Source of the DNA: Minisyncoccota bacterium
GTDB taxonomy: Bacteria; Patescibacteriota; Minisyncoccia; Phycocordibacterales; SBAW01
DNA: 64,000 nt
Direction: 5' to 3'
NCBI GenBank assembly: GCA_035546575.1
Contig: DASZWN010000001.1
Span: forward strand, 49,082-113,081
Of the stretch, positions 38,272-47,196 are shown in pieces. Numbering within the stretch: position 1 is the first letter of the stretch; each line of letters begins with the position of its first letter. A program made the translations under genes and the position numbers. The notes below the pieces were generated by a model. The model was not told the origin of the DNA and ran no database searches. It saw only the letters and a program-made list of their open reading frames with translations.

Positions 38272-38895
38272 TCACTCCGGAGGTTCGCGATACGGGTCAG
38301 TTTTATAGGCAGCGGGTTTAGGTGCCTCTGGTTTTGGCGGTTGCACAGGCGGCGGAGCCACTTGTACCGTCTTTTCAGTCAGCATAACCTCGGCCGGGTG
38401 CATCTCCGGCGGTTTGACTGGCATAGTCGGTTTAGGAACAGCAGGTGTTGGAGTACTGGAAGCTGATGCTGCAGGCGTTGAGGATATAGACGGAGGCGAT
38501 ACGGTAGGTTTTGGAGCCGCAGTGGCTGCCGAGGGCATAACAACAGATTTTTCTGGAGTAGATACAGTCGTAGAAGCTGCAGGCCCAGTCTTCATAGACT
38601 CGCGGATAGAGAGAAGTATCTGCGAGTTCACCTCCCCAGCTATCTTGTCGGCCTCCTCTTTTGATATACCAACCTCATTTACAAGGTTAGAGGGAAAATT
38701 ATTCGCGTCAGTAAACCCGAGCATGAGCATGAGCGTCTCGCTGCCCAGCTTTTCTGTCTGGTCAATATGTAGATGGTGGGCTTGAGCAATAGCTGCCACC
38801 TTCTGCTCCCAGTTGTTGGAGAGGATTGCTTCCTGAACATCTTCGGGTAACTCTGCAAGCTTCGCTTCTATTTCTTTGGTAAAATCTTCAGCCAT
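38272..38895 (-). CDS. Hypothetical protein, helical N-terminus plus Pro/Ser/Thr-rich tail
   Basis: LPEDVQEAI, LHIDQ; C-terminal DPYREP motif. Confidence 0.75.
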   Translation of the reverse strand: MAEDFTKEIEAKLAELPEDVQEAILSNNWEQKVAAIAQAHHLHIDQTEKLGSETLMLMLGFTDANNFPSNLVNEVGISKEEADKIAGEVNSQILLSIRESMKTGPAASTTVSTPEKSVVMPSAATAAPKPTVSPPSISSTPAASASSTPTPAVPKPTMPVKPPEMHPAEVMLTEKTVQVAPPPVQPPKPEAPKPAAYKTDPYREPPE

Positions 38896-38924
38896 AATAT
38901 TTTAGTTAGTATATCATTTGGCAA

Positions 38925-41075
38925 CTAGTGGGCTGGTTTTGAATGTCCAAAAGCATCATGTCCATCTGATTTTTTAGAGTCATCGTTATTTGGAGAATGA
39001 GATTCTTTATCGTGTCCTTCTTCTTTGTCATGATCTTCTTCACCCCCACCCTCTTCTTCGTGATGATCTTTTTCAAATTGTTTTACCGCTTTCAAAAGGT
39101 TATCGTGTGCGCCTCCTCCCTTCGCCATCTTAAGTACTTTTTCTGCACCTAGTGTTTGAGCACGTGAAAGACGACTATTAAGCCGCGCTGCCAACTTCTC
39201 GAGATTCTCCTTCTGTCGTAGAGAAACTCTGCTGCTACCGACTTCAGTCAGAGACTTAATTTCCTTCTCCTTGTCTTCAGCAAGTTTCTTGCTTACTTTC
39301 GCACTTTCTCTATAGCTATCTGCCGTTGCACCAGTTGATTTTGCTGCAAGAGCTGCAAATTTTATAGCATCACGTCGGGCTTCTTTTAATTCGTCTTTCA
39401 GTCCACCAACTTTTTTCTCATATTCGCCTCGGCCATTTTCCTCGTCATACTCTCTTTCAAACCTTCTTTGTTCACGAGCAACATCTACCGCATCGCCTTT
39501 GTAAGCCTCAGCCTGCTTTTGGTAACCCTTAGCAGCCTCATCAATGGCTTTTGCAATACCACCTTTGCCGCCCGCTTTGCCAAATTCTGTTAACCCGACT
39601 TTTCCTAAAGGATTTCGGAGATCGAGACTGCCTTTCCCAATTCTGTTTGTGTAATCAAATATTCTACCGATAGTACGCGGATTAGATGTAGCGACGCCCT
39701 GGAATCTTTCTGAACGGGAAGCTTCATATGCAACTCTGCCAACGGTATTTCTGTAGAATCGTGCCGGAATAGCAAATCCGACTTTGCCCCCTGCCCAGTT
39801 TCCTGCTTGGGCGCCTATAGCACCCATACCATCGGCGGCTTTCATACCCAGGAAGAGCATTACGATAATGAACCCCAATCGTATAGATATATCAGCAATC
39901 AGTGCAGCTATACCAAGTAGACCATTAGTTGCTCCAGCCACTCCTGTTGCAGCTCCTGTGGGCTGTTGTATGTATGTGACAAATGCCTGGCTTATATTAA
40001 GATCGCCAGCGAACTGCACAATAAGCCAGAAAATAAAGAGAAACACAGCGGGATAGAATGCATGGCTAATAAGTGTTTCTTGCCATTGGTCGTAGTATTT
40101 TTCAAAGCGATGCGAAGCCTTGGCTATAAAAGCCAGGGGTGATGCAACGATAATAAGCCACAGCACTGCAATACGCACAATAAATCGTATGCCTACCGAC
40201 ACAAAGGCGGCGGCAAGGATGAAATATATAACGCCCATAAATATGTAAATGATCAGGAGCGTTATGAATTCGGTAACACCATTGGTATTGTCTTGGAACT
40301 TGCCAAACGAATCCGTACCAAGTATTTTCTGCACGCCTACCGCATTCATAATGCTCGCGGTAAGATCTTTGGTGCCATTTACCGTCGCAGGTTGCCCATT
40401 AACAATCACAGTGGGTACGGCATTATAAAACTGTGCCGCAACAATATTGCCGGCATCTATTACGACTCGAGTAAAGAAAAAGCTGAAGTTGATGATAAGC
40501 GCAATAAATATTACGAAAGCGAGCGTCTGCATCGTGTGGCCTGTGTCCGCTGAGAGTATGATTGTGATCGCAATATAGATAAGTATGAGAATGAACCCCA
40601 TATTAGCTATGTCGCGAGCCGTTTCCCACCCATGGGTGACAAACGTTAGGCCATACGCGGTGCTGTTTATCGATAACTGGGTTGCTACGTTAAAAATGTA
40701 AGCTGCAACATATGCTACAAAACTTCCGAACCCAACCGTGAAGGCATATACAGGTAAAAGAAGACAAGAGCTTATCGAGTTACAAAGAGGGGCAGTATTA
40801 GTAGTTACAGAATTTGCAGATAAACCATGGGCTTCAGCTGCTTGTTTTTCACAGGCTGCCTGATTACCTCCATTGTTGACACATGCTTGTGCTTCAGAAT
40901 TTGCTTGATTACGAGCATTGATAGCATCAATTTGTGCCTGGGTTATGACAGATGCTCCTTGGGCTTTTGGTGTTGCTCCAATCGATGAAAACACAAGTAG
41001 CAGCGTCGCAAGGCACAATAAAGCTTTTGCAGTGCTGCTTAGAAATTTATTTTTTATGCTACTGCCCCAGCGCAT
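38925..41075 (-). CDS. VirB6/TrbL-like polytopic membrane protein
   Basis: GW...RDIANMGFI, ALIINFSFF..RVVID.GN, RIAVLWLIIVASPLAF, coiled-coil C-terminus. Confidence 0.75.
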   Translation of the reverse strand: MRWGSSIKNKFLSSTAKALLCLATLLLVFSSIGATPKAQGASVITQAQIDAINARNQANSEAQACVNNGGNQAACEKQAAEAHGLSANSVTTNTAPLCNSISSCLLLPVYAFTVGFGSFVAYVAAYIFNVATQLSINSTAYGLTFVTHGWETARDIANMGFILILIYIAITIILSADTGHTMQTLAFVIFIALIINFSFFFTRVVIDAGNIVAAQFYNAVPTVIVNGQPATVNGTKDLTASIMNAVGVQKILGTDSFGKFQDNTNGVTEFITLLIIYIFMGVIYFILAAAFVSVGIRFIVRIAVLWLIIVASPLAFIAKASHRFEKYYDQWQETLISHAFYPAVFLFIFWLIVQFAGDLNISQAFVTYIQQPTGAATGVAGATNGLLGIAALIADISIRLGFIIVMLFLGMKAADGMGAIGAQAGNWAGGKVGFAIPARFYRNTVGRVAYEASRSERFQGVATSNPRTIGRIFDYTNRIGKGSLDLRNPLGKVGLTEFGKAGGKGGIAKAIDEAAKGYQKQAEAYKGDAVDVAREQRRFEREYDEENGRGEYEKKVGGLKDELKEARRDAIKFAALAAKSTGATADSYRESAKVSKKLAEDKEKEIKSLTEVGSSRVSLRQKENLEKLAARLNSRLSRAQTLGAEKVLKMAKGGGAHDNLLKAVKQFEKDHHEEEGGGEEDHDKEEGHDKESHSPNNDDSKKSDGHDAFGHSKPAH

Positions 41076-42867
41076 AGCATTGATTGAGTTTGGTACTGGT
41101 GTCGGAGTTGAGCGCGTTCATCTGTGCCTGGAGCGTGGTGCGGTCTTGCTGGGCGGACGTGATATCGGTCGAGTCGTATACACTTCCAGAGTTTTTAAGC
41201 TGAGCATATGAGGCTGCTGCAGCACGGACCTCAAGCAATGTGGTTGCCGAGAGAACTTGCGTCTGGACAGCTTGGATATCAGCAATATCTTGATTAGCTG
41301 CAGTTATTTTGTTGTTGTACAGCGTAACTTGGCCTTCAAGCTCGGCTATTTTGTCGGCAGTACTCTGGGCCAAGTCAGTTTTATTTGCGGCAGTCCAGCA
41401 ATTGCCAAGCGTAGTAAGGTTTGCCTGAGCATTTTGTATGTCGCTAATATCGCCCTGCTCTACTGCGCCGTACTGTTGGGCGTATTGTACCGAGGTCTGC
41501 ATCTCATCAAGCAGGTCATTTGCCTCGCCTTCTGCTTGCAAATCCTCTGTGCTCAATGATGCGCCGTAGCCATTTTGGCCGTTGCCAAGGTTGGAGAGAC
41601 CCTTATTAAACATCTTAGTGATAAGAGCATTAGTTAGTGCTCCGATGATCTCATCGATGCTTTGGGCAAGATTAAGCTCATTAAGTGTCGACTGCACATT
41701 GGCGTTGAATGCGCCTAGTATTGCGCTGCCTGGCGTTACACAGTTTCCGTCTTTATCTTTTGCGCATAGGAATCCTTGCCCATTGTTGAGCTCTTGCGTA
41801 CTTGCCAGTACTGCACTCCCCCGTGCGCCTTCTATAGCTACCTGCCCGTACATATATGCGCCGAAAGGATTGTTCGTTGGCATGGTGGTAAATGATATGA
41901 GCCCCGGCCACCCGCCTTGCGAGAAGTCACCGCCTGCAAACTTTTCTATGTTGCCGACAACGCCCGAGAGCGTACACGATGGGGCGTTATTGCGCCGCGC
42001 ATAACTCTGTGCAATGGCGATGCGAACTTTAAGCTGGAACGGGCTGCAGAGGAACGCCAGGTTGCTGCCCTCGATCACGCTGCCTGCTGCTTGGTCGGCA
42101 ACATCGTTAAAGAATTTATTGTAGTCTTGCACAAAGGCAGGTTTGCCCTCAAATCCCGAGTTGATCCAGTTGACGGTGTCGTTGGTGATTTTATCTATCG
42201 CAATACGAGCAAGTGCCATCGTGACGCACTTCAAAATGCTATCGGTTTGTTGGTTTGCATGGGTCGAGCTGTCGTTTACATTCACTTGTCCAGATAGTGC
42301 ACCAAAAATAGAGCCGAGTGCTGTGCCCGCTAGCTGGCTTGCGGCAAATTTTGCCAAACAGGCGGCTGCAACACCCGCCAAGCCTGCGCCAAAATTATTG
42401 CCACCCCCGCTCGATACGGTTGCAGGGTCTACGCCAATATACGAAGTACCATACACACTCGTGTTAGTAACCTGGTTGATCGGCGTCGGGTTAAAGAGGC
42501 TCCCTGCTCCACGCAGCGTAAGCGACCCTGAGCCGCTGCTTGAAGTGACGCTTGAACCGTCGAGCCATGTAGCCCCGCTCGGGTTTGCAGAACCCAGATC
42601 GACGTATGAGATAGTGCCGTCGGAGTACCCCCCGCCCGAGCCTTGTCCGCTTACTCCGGTACCCGCGTTCGAGCCAACGGGCACTTGCCCGTTTACATCG
42701 GAGCCGATCGTGCCGGTCGAAGTGTTATTGCGGTCGCCGCCCGTGCCGAGCGTGCCGGTGTCAGTTACCTTTGCTCCCCCACCCGAGAATAGCCAGAACC
42801 ATAGCCCAACGATGAGCGCTAAAATAACGAGCGCTCCGATGATTATATAAAGTATCCTTCTGGTCAT
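41059..42867 (-). CDS. Membrane-anchored hypothetical protein of the T4SS-like cluster
   Basis: N-terminal TM, Gly/Ser linker, VNWINSGFEGKPAFV, LCSPF, C-terminal coiled coil. Confidence 0.75.
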   Translation of the reverse strand: MTRRILYIIIGALVILALIVGLWFWLFSGGGAKVTDTGTLGTGGDRNNTSTGTIGSDVNGQVPVGSNAGTGVSGQGSGGGYSDGTISYVDLGSANPSGATWLDGSSVTSSSGSGSLTLRGAGSLFNPTPINQVTNTSVYGTSYIGVDPATVSSGGGNNFGAGLAGVAAACLAKFAASQLAGTALGSIFGALSGQVNVNDSSTHANQQTDSILKCVTMALARIAIDKITNDTVNWINSGFEGKPAFVQDYNKFFNDVADQAAGSVIEGSNLAFLCSPFQLKVRIAIAQSYARRNNAPSCTLSGVVGNIEKFAGGDFSQGGWPGLISFTTMPTNNPFGAYMYGQVAIEGARGSAVLASTQELNNGQGFLCAKDKDGNCVTPGSAILGAFNANVQSTLNELNLAQSIDEIIGALTNALITKMFNKGLSNLGNGQNGYGASLSTEDLQAEGEANDLLDEMQTSVQYAQQYGAVEQGDISDIQNAQANLTTLGNCWTAANKTDLAQSTADKIAELEGQVTLYNNKITAANQDIADIQAVQTQVLSATTLLEVRAAAASYAQLKNSGSVYDSTDITSAQQDRTTLQAQMNALNSDTSTKLNQCYALGQ

Positions 42868-42869
42868 AG

Positions 42870-43763
42870 TTATTGCAAAGAAAGAAGCGTAGCCCAGGCG
42901 CTTCCGGGCTCGTCCTTAGTAAAAAGTATACCGTTTTGTTTAAGTATCTGCGCAATGTTTATAAACACACGCGTCGTCTCGTCTACAAGTGACTGATAGG
43001 TCTGGAGGCCGGCTATGCTGCGCAATGGGTCGCTTACCGCAACCTCCATATCCGAGTATGCTCCCGCGGCGTATGAAAGGTTGTTTAGGATCTGTAGATG
43101 GAGCGGCGCAAGCGTAGGCGGTACGGGCACTTTAGCTAAGTCGCGTACGAGCGCTCGGTACTCTTTTTGTATATTTGCGAGCTTTGCCACTTGCGCTGGG
43201 TCGTTAGAATCGGTTAGATACCCCAACGCAAAAAGCGTGTCGTTGTAATTTGCACCTGGGTGCGCAGCCATCGCAGTCATAACAGCGTTGCCGTATGCCT
43301 TAAGGGCAATAGGCGTCTGGGTTGAGAGGGTTAGGTCGCTTGAAGCGTACGCTGGGGGGTCCTTCTCGCCTTGTATCTGCGCCGTTGCTTGTGCAATAAG
43401 TTGGTTTTGGGTCGGAATATCACTGCCAAGACCCTGTGATTTGGCATCAAATAGGTTGACCAGCAGGCTCTGAGCCACCGTGGTGGTCAAATTAGTACTT
43501 TTTGTGGCGTCTAAGAGTGTGTCTACTGTAGAGCTTGCAACCGCAGCAGTGATAGCGCTCTTGCCTTGTATGGCAAGGAGTGTCTGCTCCCAATTTGGAT
43601 CAACACGTGATAGATCTCTCGGCGCCGTAGTTGCAGTGAGAGTCGAGGGCAAACCTCGCGGTGCTCCCGTTAAATATTGCGCTGCGAGCACAAGTGCGCC
43701 TGACGCGGCAATTGAGCCGACAATAAGCACAAACTGCGCGCTAGGGAGAAAGCGGCTAGGCAT
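42870..43763 (-). CDS. Membrane-anchored helical hypothetical protein
   Basis: N-terminal TM, NLT, VPVP..LAPLH, DPL motifs; TATACT box 7 nt before ATG. Confidence 0.75.
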   Translation of the reverse strand: MPSRFLPSAQFVLIVGSIAASGALVLAAQYLTGAPRGLPSTLTATTAPRDLSRVDPNWEQTLLAIQGKSAITAAVASSTVDTLLDATKSTNLTTTVAQSLLVNLFDAKSQGLGSDIPTQNQLIAQATAQIQGEKDPPAYASSDLTLSTQTPIALKAYGNAVMTAMAAHPGANYNDTLFALGYLTDSNDPAQVAKLANIQKEYRALVRDLAKVPVPPTLAPLHLQILNNLSYAAGAYSDMEVAVSDPLRSIAGLQTYQSLVDETTRVFINIAQILKQNGILFTKDEPGSAWATLLSLQ

Positions 43764-43806
43764 TGCTACTAGTATAGCAGTACTTTTTACGCGCTATACT
43801 GTATAT

Positions 43807-44313
43807 ATGCGCACACTTCTAACATCTGCACTGCTCGCTACACTCCTCCTACCATCTATTGGCTTCGCGCAGTCATCTACAAGCACTGCCACAACTACTT
43901 CGCAATCGAGTAACTCGAGTAGCGGTGCTGGTACTGCCCTGTTGATTGGGGCGGGTGTCACTGCAGGTGTAGTAGCAGCTAAGGCGCTCTCGTCAGGCAT
44001 CTCTGGTCCTCCGGGGATTTCTTTCGGTGGTCGAGTATTGACTGCCCTTCCATGCATTAGTCCGCTTGGACCCTCGCTCGCCATTACTATCAAACCTGCA
44101 GGTGTCTTTCCGATCAATTACATTTGGACTCCAGCAACCCTGACTAAGCCAACGCAGCTTTCTGTGCCTACCCCGGGTGGGCAAGTACTCGGTATTGCCG
44201 ATATCCCCTACGCTTGTTGGAACCCTATTAAAGGCGGCCTCTTCGGACTCTTTACGTTCTTGAGCTACTCGTACGGTCTGCGCATGCAGATTGTCGGTAC
44301 TAGCCCTTATTGA
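43807..44313 (+). CDS. Secreted hypothetical protein
   Basis: Signal peptide, Ser/Thr linker, FGGRV...PC and GGQVLG motifs; TATACT 6 nt before ATG. Confidence 0.7.
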   Translation: MRTLLTSALLATLLLPSIGFAQSSTSTATTTSQSSNSSSGAGTALLIGAGVTAGVVAAKALSSGISGPPGISFGGRVLTALPCISPLGPSLAITIKPAGVFPINYIWTPATLTKPTQLSVPTPGGQVLGIADIPYACWNPIKGGLFGLFTFLSYSYGLRMQIVGTSPY

Positions 44314-45086
44314 TGCCGGCTTAGCGCAAGCCAAGTTTCAAGCGGCATATCTTCTGCACGCGCGTTTTCGGTTACTCCAATATTCTGCAGAATACCAGAA
44401 TATTCTTTCCCCAACAGAGGCTCTAAGTTGCGTCCAAGCAATTTGCGTTTGTGGGCAAAGCCAGCATGTACGATTTCAAAAAATCTTTTTTCTTGATTTG
44501 CATTCGCAAAATTCTTGCGTGAGATATTCGTGATACTCAGTATCGCAGAGTCTACTTTGGGCGGCGGAGAAAATGCGCCAGCCGGAACGGTATGCATATA
44601 TATTGGAGTGCCGTACGCTTTAACCGAGAGTGAGAGAATGCTTTCTTTTTTTTCGCGCGCAATACGCTCAGCGACTTCTTTTTGTACCAAAAGTGTCATT
44701 GCACTTGGTTGTACACCTGATGACAAAAATTTTTCCATAATCGCACCCGTGATGTAGTACGGAATATTTGCAACAAGTTTATATGCACGGTCTTTGAGCT
44801 CAAGCGTCTCTGCGCCAACCTCCAATGCGTCACCCTCGATCAGCGAAAGTTTTTTCTCGCGAATATCCTCGGCAAATGTTTTTTGTAGTATCGGAATTAG
44901 CCGCGAATCTTTTTCGATTGCAACAACTTCTGCGCCGCGCGCGATAAGTGCGGCGGTGAGCGCGCCGTCTCCAGGCCCGATTTCGAGTACGCGCTCCCCC
45001 GGCTTAATGTCGGCCGCATCGACGATCATGTTCAGATAATGCGTCGAGTGTAAAAAATGCTGCCCGAGAGATTTTTTCTGAAACAT
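44307..45086 (-). CDS. rsmA: 16S rRNA m6,2A dimethyltransferase
   Basis: KKSLGQHFL, VLEIGPGDGALT, VANIPYYIT, QKEVAER, FSPPPKVDSA. Confidence 0.97.
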   Translation of the reverse strand: MFQKKSLGQHFLHSTHYLNMIVDAADIKPGERVLEIGPGDGALTAALIARGAEVVAIEKDSRLIPILQKTFAEDIREKKLSLIEGDALEVGAETLELKDRAYKLVANIPYYITGAIMEKFLSSGVQPSAMTLLVQKEVAERIAREKKESILSLSVKAYGTPIYMHTVPAGAFSPPPKVDSAILSITNISRKNFANANQEKRFFEIVHAGFAHKRKLLGRNLEPLLGKEYSGILQNIGVTENARAEDMPLETWLALSRHQ

Positions 45087-45101
45087 AGCAATCAGTCGTG
45101 T

Positions 45102-47054
45102 TTAGTCTAGATAGATAGTTCGACGTGCGCCCTGCCTGCCGGCAGGCAGGTCCGGCGCCTCATTGGTAATCAGGTCCTCTGGGATGTCAGAGAGAAACTG
45201 CGATGGAATGGTTGCATTTTTGGAGCCAAACACGGTGCGGTAGGCCGCAAAACTCAAGTACAACTTCTCTTTTGCGCGTGTGATAGCAACGTACATTAAG
45301 CGTCGCTCCTCCTCCCTATCAGACTCACTGCCTTCGTCGCGCTCATACGGAAAAAGACCTTCTTCTAAGCCCGTAATAAACACGTGCGGGTACTCAAGCC
45401 CTTTGGCAGCGTGCACGGTCATGAGTCTAACCGAGTTTGCCTCGTCTTTAAGCTCGTCCTGATCAGATGCAAGTGCGGCAGACTCCAAAAACTTCTCGAG
45501 TGCCTCTAAAGGGGTTGCCTCGCTGTTGTCGTAGCGAGCAGCGAGCGTAACTAGCTCGCGCACGTTCTCAAGGCGCTCAGCGCCCTCAAGCTTGTCTGCT
45601 TTGTACATGCGGTCCATGCCGCTCTCTTCCATCACAAACTGCAGCAGCTTTGACGGCTGTAATTCCTGTGCGGTATTTTTTATTTTTTCGAGTAATAGGC
45701 GGAAGAGTTTTACTTTGACACCGACAGCTCCGCCGAGCTCTGCTTCTCCACCCCCGAGCATTTTTAAGAGCGTTACTTTGCCGATGCCGCGCGGCGGCAC
45801 GTTAGCGACGCGCGCAATGTCGGGCGCGGTGCCGTATACTGATGCGCGCACAAACGAGATGACGTCTTTAACCTCCTTGCGCTCGAAAAATTTCGTTCCC
45901 AGCACTTGGTACGGGATATCAGAAGAGAGCAAAGCTTCTTCTATCGCGCGTGACTGAAAATTTGCGCGGTAGAGTACGCAGAAATCGCGCGCCTGCCTGC
46001 CGGCAGGCAGGGCGCTTATCAACTCTTTTATTTTGCGCGCGATAAACATGCCCTCGTCGAGCTCATCAAATGCCTGGTAGAGCGAGAGCATCTCGCCGTC
46101 GGTGTTTTTTGTAAACAGATTCTTTTCTCGGCGGTACACATTTTTAGCAATTACCTCGTTTGCCGCAGCAAGTATATTTTTGGTCGAGCGGTAGTTCTCC
46201 TCAAGTATCACAATTTTGCCTCCAGGAAACTGTTTCTCAAACGACAGTATGTTTGCAATTTGGGCGCCGCGCCAGCCGTAGATTGTCTGGTCGATATCCC
46301 CCACCGCGCAGATATTCTTGGCAGGACCAACAAGAAGCTCCACCATCTCGGCTTGGATCCCGTTGGTGTCCTGATACTCGTCTATATGTATATACGGCCA
46401 TCGAGCCTGATACATCGCACGACGCTCCGGGTTCTCGCGCAAAAATCGCACCGAGCGCAGCAATAGGTCGTCGAAGTCGAGCGCCTGGTCTGCCGCAAGC
46501 GCGTGTTCGTAGGTCATCCAGACCGAGGCGAGCGCCCGCTCGCGCGGATTTTTGGTTGCCTCGATATACTCGCCTGCCGTCCTGCCCTCCCCCTTGTTGC
46601 GGGAGATCATACCGAGCGCCGCACGAGGCTCGATATCCTCAAGCCCAAGCGACTTAAGCGCCTCTTTTACCGCCCGCATCGAGTCGTTGCGGTCGTAGAT
46701 TGCCGGCGTACGCTTATAGCCCATGGATTTTGCGTTCTCCTTGATGATTGTGAGTCCGAGTGAGTGGAAGGTCGAGATAAACGGCGGTCGCAATCGCTCA
46801 GACACTGGTCTATTAATGATTTTATCTTCCAAAAGCAGCTTAATCGTCCGCTCGCGCATCTCGCTTGCCGCCTTATTGGTAAATGTAATGGCAAGAATCT
46901 TCTCGGGAGCGACTCCTTTGTGCACGATCTCGAGTATCCGGTGCGTGATCACGCGAGTTTTGCCGGCTCCGGCACCCGCGAGCACCAAAAGCGGGCCCTC
47001 GGTGCATAACACCGCTTCTTTTTGTGCGTCATTTAACCCTTGTAGATGCTCCAC
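45102..47054 (-). CDS. pcrA: ATP-dependent DNA helicase PcrA/UvrD
   Basis: AGAGAGKT, TFTNKAA, DEYQDTN, VGDIDQTIYGWRGA, LEENYRS, TVHAAKGLEY, EERRLMYVAITRA. Confidence 0.96.
   Translation of the reverse strand: MEHLQGLNDAQKEAVLCTEGPLLVLAGAGAGKTRVITHRILEIVHKGVAPEKILAITFTNKAASEMRERTIKLLLEDKIINRPVSERLRPPFISTFHSLGLTIIKENAKSMGYKRTPAIYDRNDSMRAVKEALKSLGLEDIEPRAALGMISRNKGEGRTAGEYIEATKNPRERALASVWMTYEHALAADQALDFDDLLLRSVRFLRENPERRAMYQARWPYIHIDEYQDTNGIQAEMVELLVGPAKNICAVGDIDQTIYGWRGAQIANILSFEKQFPGGKIVILEENYRSTKNILAAANEVIAKNVYRREKNLFTKNTDGEMLSLYQAFDELDEGMFIARKIKELISALPAGRQARDFCVLYRANFQSRAIEEALLSSDIPYQVLGTKFFERKEVKDVISFVRASVYGTAPDIARVANVPPRGIGKVTLLKMLGGGEAELGGAVGVKVKLFRLLLEKIKNTAQELQPSKLLQFVMEESGMDRMYKADKLEGAERLENVRELVTLAARYDNSEATPLEALEKFLESAALASDQDELKDEANSVRLMTVHAAKGLEYPHVFITGLEEGLFPYERDEGSESDREEERRLMYVAITRAKEKLYLSFAAYRTVFGSKNATIPSQFLSDIPEDLITNEAPDLPAGRQGARRTIYLD
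45131..45150. repeat. Palindromic repeat copy 4 (perfect CCTGCCTGCCGGCAGGCAGG), in frame in the pcrA C-terminus
   Basis: EAPD-LPAGRQ-GARRTIYLD. Confidence 0.92.
45992..46011. repeat. Palindromic repeat copy 5 (perfect), in frame inside pcrA
   Basis: KIKELISA-LPAGRQ-ARDFCVLYR. Confidence 0.92.
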
Positions 47055-47079
47055 CCATCATGTATACCACCCGATTTAG

Positions 47080-47133
47080 TTATCCACAGCCCTTTTGTAG
47101 CTATATTGACCCTCCCCCTCACTCCGGTATAGT
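47080..47133 (+). promoter_or_regulatory. Perfect DnaA box plus sigma70 promoter between divergent pcrA and M23 genes
   Basis: TTATCCACA at 47080-47088; TTGACC-N16-TATAGT at 47106-47133. Confidence 0.55.
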
Positions 47134-47196
47134 GGGTAAGCGCAGGGTGAACGGATGATTAAGTGGCTCAACAGAGCCATTTATTGACGGAGTACG

